Origin: Balanoglossus misakiensis
Lineage: Eukaryota; Animalia; Hemichordata
Assembly: GCA_040954595.2 (NCBI GenBank)
Contig: CM082584.2
Span: forward strand, 2,945,344 to 3,009,343
DNA: 64,000 nt
Direction: 5' to 3'
Of the stretch, positions 26,811 to 40,500 are shown in pieces (position 1 is the stretch's first letter; every line of letters starts with the position of its first letter). The notes under the pieces are model-generated. The model was not told where the DNA came from, made no database searches, and saw only the letters and a program-made list of their open reading frames with translations. Both the position numbers and the translations under genes were made by a program.

Positions 26811-28594
26811 GTCAAGTTCACTTTTCTATCAGAGTACTCCTAATAGCTTTAAAATTTACTATGCACATTTTTCGGGATGTGAGATGAATCATTTGATCGA
26901 GGTGTAGGAAAACCCACAAATTTGTATTTTGGGGGGAGACCATTTTCAGCAATATTTCTAATACGAGCTACACTTATATAGCTGGCATAAAATATGTGGT
27001 GTGTACGTCTTCCAGACCATTCTCATCCATAGTAAGTTCTAAGACAATTGTTGCTTTTTTTAAATTTGTTTACTTTTTTCCTGTTCTTGTGTCTGTTAAA
27101 ATTAACGCAACTTCACACTTTGTATCCACACCAATGTGAGCTTTTACCTACCAGATATCTGATTCTGTTGCCAATGTAGGACACATTCATTTTCTTACCA
27201 GATGTTTGAATTATTACAACCACTAGTGTAGAACAGGGATGTTTTCTACATCTGTTTTGGTACACATACCAATGCAGGTTTATAGCACAATTCAGCATCG
27301 ATATATTGCAAAAAAACTTGAGAACTGCTGAAGTTTCATTCAAATGAAGGTGACATTGCCCAAATTATACTAAGCTCAAATGTGGAAAATTGACTCCAGA
27401 ACTGCTGTTCGGATTGCTTTGAAAATTGGTATGCAGTACCTTGAGTAGACCACCTGTTGTGAAGAGATCTTTAGTTTTCTATTTTTTGGTGTTTTATCCC
27501 TATTTGGGGAAATTGTTAGTTCTGATCAATAAAACTTCTCTAAAAGTATTTGTCTGCTGTGTCTGAAATTTGGTGTTAAAGTCCCTATGGATGTTATGTG
27601 TTACGAAACCTCAAATTGGTGTTTTAGGAAATTTTCTCATTAAACTTGAATGACCTACACTAACCCTGGGTATGATGCAAGACCATAATGAAAGCAGAGG
27701 ACAATTTTTCTCACATTTCGTATCAATTTGTAGTGAAATTTTATCAAGAAAACAAATCTGACGTAAATTTTTCTTTGTTCAGGAACTGGTATAAGACTCC
27801 TTTTTTACTATTCCATGTTGGATATTGGATCTCATCCATAGCTCTACACATTTTATTTAAAATGCAAACGATACAAAGCTCAACCTGCAACCTCGAATAT
27901 GTAAGAGCGCCCTCAACAGCAATGGTTAGCCGTCTGACTTCATCCTCTCTTCTATTAACACACGAGGGCACACCTGTTGCACCACAACCACCTCAATTTC
28001 CAGTACCCCTTGCCAAGTTAAGGGACCATGTCAAAGGATTCAGGTCTGATAAAAATCTTACTTCTTGAAGTTTAGGGGGTGGGGGTTTTGACCCAAAAAA
28101 GTTTTCCATCAAACAAAATAGTTGAGTAAGTCGAGAATTCTTTACATTGCATATTCTTATTCTATAAGCAGAAAAATCAATCAAGACCTGATGTAAACTC
28201 AGAATTGAACAGAAATGTTTTCATTCAAAAATTGTCGAAATATCAATATGTGTGATAATGTACTTTTCTATCCTGGTTATGGTTTAAATATGGAGTTGTC
28301 ACAATAATGAAATAATAAGATGCACTGATCAGTATTCAACAATTAGGTTACAAGGGGGAGTGCAGGGGTTTCAAGCTAAACTTATTTTTTGTTATTTGAC
28401 ATCGTCCCTAACCCCTTACAAAAATTGACAAGGCGACAATTCCACAAACGTGTTTACATTTCACAATGGTGCAACTCACAAGCCTTACACCATATACACT
28501 ATAAACCAAAATGGTTTAACACTGGTTTTTCTAATCTTGTTATTCTGTCAACCAATCACAGTACTGCACGTGAGCATATTCAGTTAATATCTGG

Positions 28595-31500
28595 TTTTGA
28601 GTGTTTGGTGGGGTCAACCTTTGCGTCAACATTAACCAGAGCACACTGTAACCAGGCCAGAGTGGACAGTATGCTGCCCATTAATTTTGAGTGTTTGGTG
28701 GGGTCAACCTTTGCGTCAACATTAACCAGAGCACACAGTAAACAGGCCAGAGTGGACAGTATGCTGCCCATTAATTTTGAGTGTTTGGTGGGGTCAACCT
28801 TTACGTCAACATTAACCAGGCCAGACAGAAACCAGGCCAGAGTGGACAGTATCCTGCCCATTAATTTTGAGTGTTTGGTGGGGTCAACCTGTGCGTCAAC
28901 ATTAACCAGAGCACACAGTAACCAGGCCAGAGTGGACAGTATGCTGGCCATTAATTTTGAGTGTTTGGTGGGGTCAACCTTTGCGTCAACATTAACCAGA
29001 GCACACAGTAACCAGGCCAGAGTGGACAGTATGCTGCCCATTAATTTTGAGTGTTTGGTGGGCTCAACCTTTGCGTCAACATTAACCAGGCCAGACAGTA
29101 ACCAGGCCAGAGTGGACAGTATGCTGCCCATTAATTTTGAGTGTTTGGTGGGCTCAACCTTTGCGTCAACATTAACCAGAGCACACAGTAACCATGCCAG
29201 AGTGGACAGTATGCTGGCCATTAATTTTGAGTGTTTGGTGGGCTCAACCTTTGCGTCAACATTAACCAGAGCACACAGTAACCATGCCAGAGTGGACAGT
29301 ATGCTGGCCATTAATTTTGAGTGTTTGGTGGGCTCAACCTTTGCGTCAACATTAACCAGAGCACACAGTAACCATGCCAGAGTGGACAGTATGCTGGCCA
29401 TTAATTTTGAGTGTTTGGTGGGGTCAACCTTTGCGTCAACATTAACCAGAGCACACAGTAACCAGGCCAAAGTGGACAGTATGCTGCCCATTAATTTTGA
29501 GTGTTTGGTGGGCTCAACCTTTTCGTCAACATTAACCAGAGCACACAGTAACCAGGCCAGAGTGGACAGTATGCTGCCCATTAATTCTAAGTGATTGGTG
29601 GGGTCAACCTTTGCGTCAACATTAACCAGAGCACACAGTAACCAGGCCAGAGTGGACAGTATGCTGCCCATTTATTTTGAGTGTTTGGTGGGCTCAACCT
29701 TTGCGTCAACATTAACCAGAGCACACAGTAACCAGACCAGAGTGGACAGTATGCTGGCCATTAATTTTGAGTGTTTGGTGGGGTCAACCTTTGCGTCAAC
29801 ATTAACCAGAGCACACAGTAACCAGACCAGAGTGGACAGTATCCTGCCCATTAATTTTGAGTGTATGGTGGGGTCAACCTTTGCGTCAACATTAACCAGA
29901 GCACACAGTAACCAGGCCAGAGTGGACAGTATGCTGGCCATTAATTTTGAGTGTTTGGTGGGGTCAACCTTTGCGTCAACATTAACCAGAGCACACAGTA
30001 ACCAGGCCAGAGTGGACAGTATGCTGCCCATTTATTTTGAGTGTTTGGTGGGCTCAACCTTTGCGTCAACATTAACCAGAGCACACAGTAACCAGACCAG
30101 AGTGGACAGTATGCTGGCCATTAATTTTGAGTGTTTGGTGGGGTCAACCTTTGCGTCAACATTAACCAGAGCACACAGTAACCAGACCAGAGTGGACAGT
30201 ATGCTGGCCATTAATTTTGAGTGTTTGGTGGGGTCAACCTTTGCGTCAACATTAACCAGAGCACACAGTAACCAGACCAGAGTGGACAGTATGCTGGCCA
30301 TTAATTTTGAGTGTTTGGTGGGCTCAACCTTTTCGTCAACATTAACCAGAGCACACAGTAACCAGACCAGAGTGGACAGTATGCTGGCCATTAATTTTGA
30401 GTGTTTGGTGGGCTCAACCTTTGCGTCAACATTAACCAGAGCACACAGTAACCAGACCAGAGTGGACAGTATGCTGGCCATTAATTTTGAGTGTTTGGTG
30501 GGCTCAACCTTTGCGTCAACATTAACCAGAGCACACAGTAACCAGACCAGAGTGGACAGTATGCTGGCCATTAATTTTGAGTGTTTGGTGGGCTCAACCT
30601 TTGCGTCAACATTAACCAGAGCACACAGTAACCAGACCAGAGTGGACAGTATGCTGGCCATTAATTTTGAGTGTTTGGTGGGCTCAACCTTTGCGTCAAC
30701 ATTAACCAGAGCACACAGTAACCAGACCAGAGTGGACAGTATGCTGGCCATTAATTTTGAGTGTTTGGTGGGCTCAACCTTTGCGTCAACATTAACCAGA
30801 GCACACAGTAACCAGACCAGAGTGGACAGTATGCTGGCCATTAATTTTGAGTGTTTGGTGGGCTCAACCTTTGCGTCAACATTAACCAGAGCACACAGTA
30901 ACCAGACCAGAGTGGACAGTATGCTGGCCATTAATTTTGAGTGTTTGGTGGGCTCAACCTTTTCGTCAACATTAACCAGAGCACACAGTAACCAGACCAG
31001 AGTGGACAGTATGCTGGCCATTAATTTTGAGTGTTTGGTGGGCTCAACCTTTGCGTCAACATTAACCAGAGCACACAGTAACCAGGCCAGAGTGGACAGT
31101 ATGCTGCCCATTTATTTTGAGTGTTTGGTGGGCTCAACCTTTGCGTCAACATTAACCAGAGCACACAGTAACCAGACCAGAGTGGACAGTATGCTGGCCA
31201 TTAATTTTGAGTGTTTGGTGGGCTCAACCCTTGCATCAACATTAACCAGAGCACACAGTAACCAGACCAGAGTGGACAGTATGCTGGCTATTAATTTTGA
31301 GTGTTTGGTGGGGTCAACCTTTGCGTCAACATTAACCAGGCCAGACAGTAACCAGGCCAAAGTGGACAGTATGCTGCCCATTAATTTTGAGTGTTTGGTG
31401 GGGTCAACCTTTGCGTCAACATTAACCAGAGCACACAGTAACCAGACCAGAGTGGACAGTATGCTGGCCATTAATTTTGAGTGTTTGGTGGGCTCAACCC

Positions 31501-34500
31501 TTGCATCAACATTAACCAGAGCACACAGTAACCAGACCAGAGTGGACAGTATGCTGGCCATTAATTTTGAGTGTTTGGTGGGGTCAACCTTTGCGTCAAC
31601 ATTAACCAGGCCAGACAGTAACCAGGCCAAAGTGGACAGTATGCTGCCCATTAATTTTGAGTGTTTGGTGGGGTCAACCTTTGCGTCAACATTAACCAGG
31701 CCAGACAGTAACCAGCCCAGAGTGGACAGTATGCTGCCCATTAATTTTAAGTGATTGGTGGGGTCAACCTTTGCGTCAACATTAACCAGAGCACACAGTA
31801 ACCAGACCAGAGTGGACAGTATGCTGGCCATTAATTTTGAGTGTTTGGTGGGGTCAACCTTTGCGTCAACATTAACCAGGCCAGACAGTAACCAGGCCAG
31901 AGTGGACAGTATTCTGCCCTTTAATTTTGAGTGTTTGGTGGGGTCAACCTTTGTGTCAACATTAACCAGAGCACACAGTAACCAGGCCAGAGTGGACAGT
32001 ATGCTGCCCATTAATTTTGAGTGTTTGGTGGGGTCAAGCTTTGCGTCAACATTAACCAGGCCAGACAGTAACCAGGCCAAAGTGGACAGTATGCTGCCCA
32101 TTAATTTTGAGTGTTTGGTGGGGTCAACCTTTGCGTCAACATTAACCAGGCCAGACAGTAACCAGGCCAAAGTGGACAGTATGCTGCCCATTAATTTTGA
32201 GTGTTTGGTGGGGTCAACCTTTGCGTCAACATTAACCAGGCCAGACAGTAACCAGCCCAGAGTGGACAGTATGCTGCCCATTAATTTTAAGTGATTGGTG
32301 GGGTCAACCTTTGCGTCAACATTAACCAGAGCACACAGTAACCAGACCAGAGTGGACAGTATGCTGGCCATTAATTTTGAGTGTTTGGTGGGGTCAACCT
32401 TTGCGTCAACATTAACCAGGCCAGACAGTAACCAGGCCAGAGTGGACAGTATTCTGCCCTTTAATTTTGAGTGTTTGGTGGGGTCAACCTTTGTGTCAAC
32501 ATTAACCAGAGCACACAGTAACCAGGCCAGAGTGGACAGTATGCTGCCCATTAATTTTGAGTGTTTGGTGGGGTCAAGCTTTGCGTCAACATTAACCAGG
32601 CCAGACAGTAACCAGGCCAGAGTGGACAGTATTCTGCCCTTTAATTTTGAGTGTTTGGTGGGGTCAACCTGTGCGTCAACATTAACCAGAGCACACAGTA
32701 ACCAGGCCAGAGTGGACAGTATGCTGCCCATTAATTTTGAGTGTTTGGTGGGGTCAACCTTTGCGTCAACATTAACCAGGCCAGACAGTAACCAGGCCAG
32801 AGTGGACAGTATGCTGCCCATTAATTTTGAGTGTTTGGTGGGGTCAACCTTTGTGTCAACATTAACCAGAGCACACAGTAACCAGGCCAGAGTGGACAGT
32901 ATTCTGCCCTTTAATTTTGAGTGTTTGGTGGGGTCAAGCTTTGCGTCAACATTAACCAGGCCAGACAGTAACCAGGCCAGAGTGGACAGTATTCTGCCCT
33001 TTAATTTTGAGTGTTTGGTGGGGTCAACCTGTGCGTCAACATTAACCAGAGCACACAGTAACCAGGCCAGAGTGGACAGTATGCTGCCCATTAATTTTGA
33101 GTGTTTGGTGGGGTCAACCTTTGCGTCAACATTAACCAGGCCAGACAGTAACCAGGCCAGAGTGGACAGTATGCTGCCCATTAATTTTGAGTGTTTGGTG
33201 GGGTCAACCTGTGCGTCAACATTAACCAGAGCACACAGTAACCAGCCCAGAGTGGACAGTATGCTGCCCATTAATTTTAAGTGATTGGTGGGGTCAACCT
33301 TTGCGTCAACATTAACCAGGCCAGACAGTAACCAGGCCAAAGTGGACAGTATGCTGCCCATTAATTTTGAGTGTTTGGTGGGGTCAACCTGTGCGTCAAC
33401 ATTAACCAGAGCACACAGTAACCAGCCCAGAGTGGACAGTATGCTGCCCATTAATTTTGAGTGTTTGGTGGGGTCAACCTTTGCGTCAACATTAACCAGG
33501 CCAGACAGTAACCAGGCCAAAGTGGACAGTATGCTGCCCATTAATTTTGAGTGTTTGGTGGGGTCAACCTGTGCGTCAACATTAACCAGAGCACACAGTA
33601 ACCAGCCCAGAGTGGACAGTATGCTGCCCATTAATTCTAAGTGATTGGTGGGGTCAACCTTTGCGTCAACATTAACCAGAGCACACAGTAACCAGCCCAG
33701 AGTGGACAGTATGCTGCCCATTAATTGTAAGTGATTGGTGGGGTCAACCTTTGCGTCAACATTAACCAGGCCAGACAGTAACCAGGCCAAAGTGGACAGT
33801 ATGCTGCCCATTAATTCTAAGTGATTGGTGGGGTCAACCTTTGCGTCAACATTAACCAGAGCACACAGTAACCAGACCAGAGTGGACAGTATGCTGGCCA
33901 TTAATTTTGAGTGTTTGGTGGGGTCAACCTTTGCGTCAACATTAACCAGGCCAGACAGTAACCAGGCCAGAGTGGACAGTATTCTGCCCTTTAATTTTGA
34001 GTGTTTGGTGGGGTCAACCTGTGCGTCAACATTAACCAGAGCACACAGTAACCAGGCCAGAGTGGACAGTATGCTGCCCATTAATTTTGAGTGTTTGGTG
34101 GGGTCAACCTTTGCGTCAACATTAACCAGTCCAGACAGTAACCAGGCCAGAGTGGACAGTATGCTGCCCATTAATTTTGAGTGTTTGGTGGGGTCAACCT
34201 TTGCGTCAACATTAACCAGGCCAGACAGTAACCAGGCCAGAGTGGACAGTATGCTGCCCATTAATTTTGAGTGTTTGGTGGGGTCAACCTTTGCGTCAAC
34301 ATTAACTAGAGCACACAGTAACCAGGCCAGAGTGGACAGTATGCTGGCCATTAATTTTGAGTGTTTGGTGGGGTCAACCTTTGCGTCAACATTAACCAGA
34401 GCACACAGTAACCAGGCCAGAGTGGACAGTATGCTGCCCATTAATTTTGAGTGTTTGGTGGGGTCAACCTTTGCGTCAACATTAACCAGAGCACACAGTA

Positions 34501-34646
34501 ACCAGACCAGAGTGGACAGTATGCTGGCCATTAATTTTGAGTGTTTGGTGGGCTCAACCTTTGCGTCAACATTAACCAGAGCACACAGTAACCAGACCAG
34601 AGTGGACAGTATCCTGCCTATTAATTTTGAGTGACTTGTGGGTCAA
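28595..34646. repeat. 90-bp satellite array, ~67 copies, with higher-order variant patterns
   Basis: Unit TTTTGAGTGTTTGGTGGGGTCAACCTTTGCGTCAACATTAACCAGAGCACACAGTAACCAGGCCAGAGTGGACAGTATGCTGCCCATTAA with a strict 90-bp period. Confidence 0.98.
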
Positions 34647-35058
34647 TTTGATCAAATACTGCCTACTGCTGGTGCTGCCTATTTGAAGAAATGTGAAAAG
34701 ATGGCAAGACAGGTTTTGGTAAGTGTGGGCCCCCTAACTGAAGCAAAAGCACAAACTGAAAACAAAGATATGAATTTGGAATAGTTTTATTTATTACATA
34801 TGAAAAATAATGAAGACTTATGCTTCAAAGTAAGTATCGACGGAGTCGAACCGCCAATGCTGCAATGGCATTATACCCATAATACTTTTTTTGCTTTTTG
34901 CATGAATTTCATTATTTTTCATATGCTGTGCAGCTAAAGTGTGGCTAGATGGCTAACTGCTGATGTAAAATATCTTGCATACCAATTTGGAACATTTACC
35001 CCAAGTAGTGGTCAAACAGAAACAATGCTTGCATTCAATTTGAAACAAGGTGACAAAA

Positions 35059-35164
35059 GTGGTCGAAATGAAACAATGAGCAAAAACAGTGTTTATCAAA
35101 CTGAAATAATGTGGTCGAAATGAAACAATGAGCAAAAACAGTGTTTATCAAACTGAAATAATGT
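35059..35164. repeat. 52-bp tandem duplication
   Basis: GTGGTCGAAATGAAACAATGAGC... at 35059 and 35111. Confidence 0.9.
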
Positions 35165-35591
35165 GCCAAAATAGCTCCTGTTGATATTGCACAAAATTAA
35201 CTGTTGCATTCTACCCTTGAGTTAATTTTTATTTCTAGGCAATTATGTGTTAATACTAATTATTACCTATGGGTAAAAACCATCAGTTTCTTAAGTGCAA
35301 ATCGCAAGAAGCTCCCCCATACAATTTTAGTGTTTTTTTAAATCAAGCAAGATAATTACATTCTGTGTGATAAACTAACTAACTTTACGCGCCTGGGGAC
35401 AGTTAAAAACCTCGAGCCAAATATAAAATGAGGAAAAACTGCCCCCTCCCCCGTTGTGAATTTTAAAAGTTTGGGGCTCACACTAACCAGAATTGTCTTG
35501 CCGACTCCTATTTTTCTGTGTACATTTTGATGTATTGTTGTTACGTGAGATTGAGGTTCGTGTTGATGCGGGAATTACGATGACGAAAGCA

Positions 35592-35783
35592 AAAAATCCA
35601 TCGGTGAATCAAACGGGCACACGGCGAAATTCCATTACACGACGAGCGAACTGCGATGAAGAACGCGAACGCGGGTAACGTTGTAAAAATCCATCGGCGA
35701 ATCAAACGGGCACACGGCGAAATTCCATTACACGACGAGCGACCTGCAATGAAGAACGCGAACGCGGGTAACGCTGCAAAAAA
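35592..35783. repeat. 93-bp CpG-rich tandem duplication
   Basis: AAAAATCCATCGG.GAATCAAACGGGCACACGGCGAAATTCC...GCGGGTAACG occurs twice. Confidence 0.9.
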
Positions 35784-36203
35784 TCGGCAGACAAATTACA
35801 CGAATGCATAGCAAAAATTATTTTACCCAACCTGACACTAATAAATTACCCAATGATTTTAAATTTCTTATTATTACACCCCAATTAATCATCATACCTT
35901 TGTAATATTAACACCATTTATACACATCCCATAATGTTTATACCATCAAGTGTATACCATTTTATTATTATTATACCACCAAAACCTTGTGTTACCCATT
36001 TTTTATTATTACACCATTGATGTTTACACCCTTATATATTATACCGGCATTTACCCTCTGTACATGTACAGTTTTTATTTACCACGTGGCATTACCCTTG
36101 TTTTTATAGTATTTTAATTACTTATCATACCCTTGAAACCATAATATTATACCCATGCAGACAGTTTTGTTACAGTACCCTTGTGCACACTGTTTTATTA
36201 GTC

Positions 36204-36385
36204 ATCATACACCAACCCTTCCCCATTCCATTACATTATACCATTTTTTATTAGCCTAACCTATTCATACACCAACCCTTCACCATTCCGTTAGATTATA
36301 CCATTTTTTATTACCCTAACATATTCATACACCAACCCTTTACCATTCCCTCAGATTCAACCATTTTTATTAACCTAACCTATTG
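36204..36385. repeat. 60-bp tandem repeat, 3 copies
   Basis: CATACACCAACCCTT..CCATTCC... with a 60-bp period. Confidence 0.88.
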
Positions 36386-36566
36386 ACAGCATCCCTCTGC
36401 TTATGATATTGTTATCTGGCACGGCGTTGTTGTAGATATTGATTAGACTCCCTCCGGCGATGATATTACCAATGAACCTATTACAAAAAAAGAATGAATA
36501 TTATTAATTAGATCAGATCAACAAATCATGGCGTTGTTCGTCCCTCTGGTCACAGAAGCATCATCT

Positions 36567-37182
36567 GGCGTCGTTACAAGTTTAAGTTCATCCCTCCAGT
36601 ACAGTATTAGGTGGCGGCGTCGTTACAAGTATTAAGTTCATCCCTCCAGTACAGTATTAGGTGGCGGCGTCGTTACAAGTATTAAGTTCATCTCTCCAGT
36701 ACAGTATTAGGTGGCGGCGTCGTTACAAGTATTAAGTTCATCTCTCCAGTACAGTATTAGGTGGCGGCGTCGTTACAAGTATTAAGTTCATCCCTCCAGT
36801 ACAGTATTAGGTGGCGGCGTCGTTACAAGTATTAAGTTCATCCCTCCAGTACAGTATTAGGTGGCGGCGGCGTTACAAGTATTAAGTTCATCCCTCCAGT
36901 ACAGTATTAGGTGGCGGCGTCGTTACAAGTATTAAGTTCATCCCTCCAGTACAGTATTAGGTGGCGGCGTCGTTACAAGTATTAAGTTCATCTCTCCAGT
37001 ACAGTATTAGGTGGCGGCGTCGTTACAAGTATTAAGTTCATCTCTCCAGTACAGTATTAGGTGGCGGCGTCGTTACAAGTATTAAGTTCATCTCTCCAGT
37101 ACAGTATTAGGTGGCGGCGTCGTTACAAGTATTAAGTTCATCTCTCCAGTACAGTAATAGGTGGCGGCGTCGTTACAAATAT
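36567..37182. repeat. 50-bp minisatellite, ~12 copies
   Basis: CGTCGTTACAAGTATTAAGTTCATC(C/T)CTCCAGTACAGTATTAGGTGGCGG, near-identical units. Confidence 0.96.
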
Positions 37183-37508
37183 TACACTCCCTCTAGCAGC
37201 AGTGTTACCAATGAACCTAATATAAAAAAGAATGAAATTATTTTAAAAAACTGATTAGATCAAGTCATCATCATTGATAAAAAAACAATGATAAGAAGAA
37301 ATCATTTAAAAATTAAAGCTGCCAGCACCATTGGTGGGGCCCAAACAGTTCCCATTGTTACCAGGGTTAGTATGCCAAGGCTGTATTGTGCTGTGAATAC
37401 TAAGATATAGGAAAGCTGGTCAAAGGTTACCCTGGGGTCACTGAAAATCGCGTCAGGGACACTGTGGTCTCATTTAGTGATTACACTAAAAGAAGTCTAC
37501 ACAGGAGT

Positions 37509-37543
<35 letters not shown>

Positions 37544-37592
37544 CAGAGAGGCAATAAAATATGACCCCCCCCCCCCCCCCCCCCCCCCCCCC
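37509..37592. repeat. (ACAG)n microsatellite followed by a long C run; possible end of a HINE/DINE-like element
   Basis: Directly visible; the HINE interpretation is inference. Confidence 0.8.
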
Positions 37593-40500
37593 GAAAACAT
37601 ACGTTGTCCTTGAGATCTTATGTATGCCGGCCGGGTACAATAGACAAACCAGCCAATTAATGAACATTTTGTACAAATACAGAGCTCAAAGTTGCATTTT
37701 AGTGAGCCCAAAAGCAAATTAGCTCAATGTTACGACAATTTTACTTATGCCACTCAAAGTTTGCATCGGTGGGGTGGGATGGCAAGTAGCCTGTCCTGGT
37801 ACAATAGACAAACCAGCCAATAAATGATATGTGGTGAAGAATGAAGGGGTGGGTGTGATTAGTACATTTTGTAAAAAAAAGACCTCGGAACTGTAATTTT
37901 GTGGGGCAAAAAGAATGGGATCCCCCCTTAAAGGTTTAAAAAAGAAGATGACCTCCGTCCCATTTGGATTTTAAAATTTAAAGCCCAAAGAAGTCGACTC
38001 ATCAATTCTAGAAAAGTAGACTTTTTTGCTAAAAATGATGAAAAAATGCATAAAAATAGAATATTCAAACTATTTGTTCAAAAAAAATATAGGACTGTAT
38101 GTGGTTGACATAAGGTACTTGCATACCAATTGTCAAATCAATCTGACCAGTGGTTGTCGAGTTTCTGAGTTTTGACCAATTTCAAATTGTCCCAGCTAAT
38201 TTGCATTAATTCAAAAAGTTTAACTGAATATGGCTGCCAGGTCAAATAACTGATTTGAATTTCAAGGTGCACACTCGTTGGCAAGGACAGCTGTGACAAA
38301 GTTTAGAAGCCTAGGTGTGGCAGCTTTTCAAAGCCAGGTGTGCAAAAAAAATCCAGGGAATGGGGCCCCAGCTCCTGAAAAAAACAGCACAATACCAAAA
38401 AGGGACTGATATTACTAACAAAATGTAAGCCTGTAAGAAGTCAAAAGCTGCACATCTTTTTACCACCTTGTGTCAGTACTAAGCAATAAGACTTTTTATA
38501 GAGTTGCTGTTTTAGTGGTCTTTGCAGATGCTAGAGATTAAAAAAGAAGATTTTCAGAAACAATGATAGCTATATCAATTACTGTTTGAAAAAATGTGAT
38601 GTTCACCACCTTGTTTTCAGAAAAGTATTTAAATAAATGTTTTTCCAAAGAGTTAAAACAAAGATTGGCAGCCATCTTGAATTTAAAAAAACTGCAACAA
38701 TATCCCATATGCAACAAATATGCAAATTATACTATTTGACAAGGGGTTTCAGAGAAGAGGACTACTCTTCAGACTCAGACATAAAATACTAATGCAATAT
38801 TCAGCAGAATTTAAAAAAAAATGACTAAGATCACTCAGGGACAATTCACAACAAAGATCGAAACAATTAGACGTACCAATTTTAAAGACCATTATGAAAA
38901 CTTTACAGATTCGGTCATAATGTAAACAAAGAATATCACCCCTGTGGACATGACAATCAGATATGCATATTCTAATATGATTTTTAGTCCAAATAAAAAG
39001 GCAACTGCCCCAAAATACAAAATTGCAGGTTATGTCACAAACCTCATGGAGATACATACTAAATTTCAGAGAAAATTCCCCCCCCCCCAAAAAAATATGC
39101 AAATTTCACCACATTTTGAAGAAACAACTTGCGTCATCCCTAGAAACTTGCATAGTCAAAGAAATCCTACAAGCTTATTTCTTCTGCCAAAAACAGCAAC
39201 AACTCGTTTCAAACTACAAATATGCCGAATTCAACACAATTTGAACACGCATTACTTCGCTACCCCCAGAAACCTGCATACCAAATTTGAAAGCACTTGC
39301 ACCAGTGATTTCAGAAAAGGAAAAGTGTTGACAGACATAGGATGACTGAACATCTATCTACCTGTCTGATAACATTTGCAGTGCTAAGAGCAGAGATTGG
39401 TGTTGTCTTTTCACATTTTAAATCATCACACTTTGCTTCTCAAAGCTACTATTCTGCTCTGCTTGAGAAATGACTTGGGACCATTTTTGGCAAACAATAG
39501 TCACTAATCTTCCTGAGTTTATAGTACAATGTACCTACACTGTTTTAGTAATGTACTGATTATGTTCAGACTATTTCTTGTGTCTGCATATGTCTTTATT
39601 ACAGAGGAATAATCTATCCGGTTGTCATTTCTCTGTTTACTCAGAAATAAACTAGTCTGGGTTGAAACAGTAGAAATTTTAAAATTGTCATACCTATTTC
39701 TGAAGAGAGTTCAAAACCAATACCTTGGGGAAGCATTATATCAAATTTGCTGGGTAACTGTGGATTTATAACTTTGGCTAATTACAATGCTAACTCACAC
39801 TGGATGATTCGATGGTATTTTTAGATTCAGATCAAAATATAAAGAACAGTACAAAGTGGCAAAATGGGATTGTTTTGTGAAAGCAAGTGGCTTGCATTGA
39901 GAGACAATAGGGTACTATACATAGGCCAAGTTGCTCAAAAAGCATGGAGAAATCACTTTTGATGAATGCATGGATGGGATGCGTTTCATTACTGTCAGTA
40001 TTAATTGTCTTTTTTCGTGGTCCAAGCAATACCTTCTAAATTGAAACCAGTTTTATCACTGCTTTTATCACAGTTTAGTTAACTTGAAATGAATATGGGT
40101 TATATCATTACTCATACCATTGGTGTTGTCTTATCATTTTTCACTGGAGATAGGAAGGCGAGATTGCGACTTACAGCATTAGATTATTACGTTTTGAACC
40201 CTTCTGTTATGACGGAAATAGTTTCAGCCTTTACTATTTAAGATAAGAATCCTTTGGAATCAGTCTGTATTTTCTCGGCAGATTTTTATTGAAAATAATA
40301 GTTTTATCGACAGTCACAAGCTGAGTACAACCAGAGTTTTGATCGGCTACCAGCTATTATCAACAAATAGTTTAAAAGATACGATTTTTGATGGAAAATT
40401 GCAAAAATTGCCCCAAGAACACAAATTTCACTAACATTTTACAACATCTTACTTGGGTAACCCCAAGGAACGTTCCAACCAAATTTAAAAGCAATCTGAC

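Noticed and set aside
27660-27745. 3' terminus of the autonomous Helentron
   Set aside because: No clear subterminal inverted repeat plus hairpin could be identified, and the 5' end is probably outside the window.
28389-34634. Very long repeat ORFs as a real repeat protein
   Set aside because: Open on both strands because the unit is 90 bp, with recurrent stops, non-synonymous variants and no convincing unique termini.
34836-34880. tRNA/SINE head: perfect B box GGTTCGACTCC on the minus strand
   Set aside because: No convincing A box or cloverleaf.
36567-37182. CRISPR array (also considered for the 30-bp and 90-bp arrays)
   Set aside because: No unique spacers, no cas genes, eukaryotic context.
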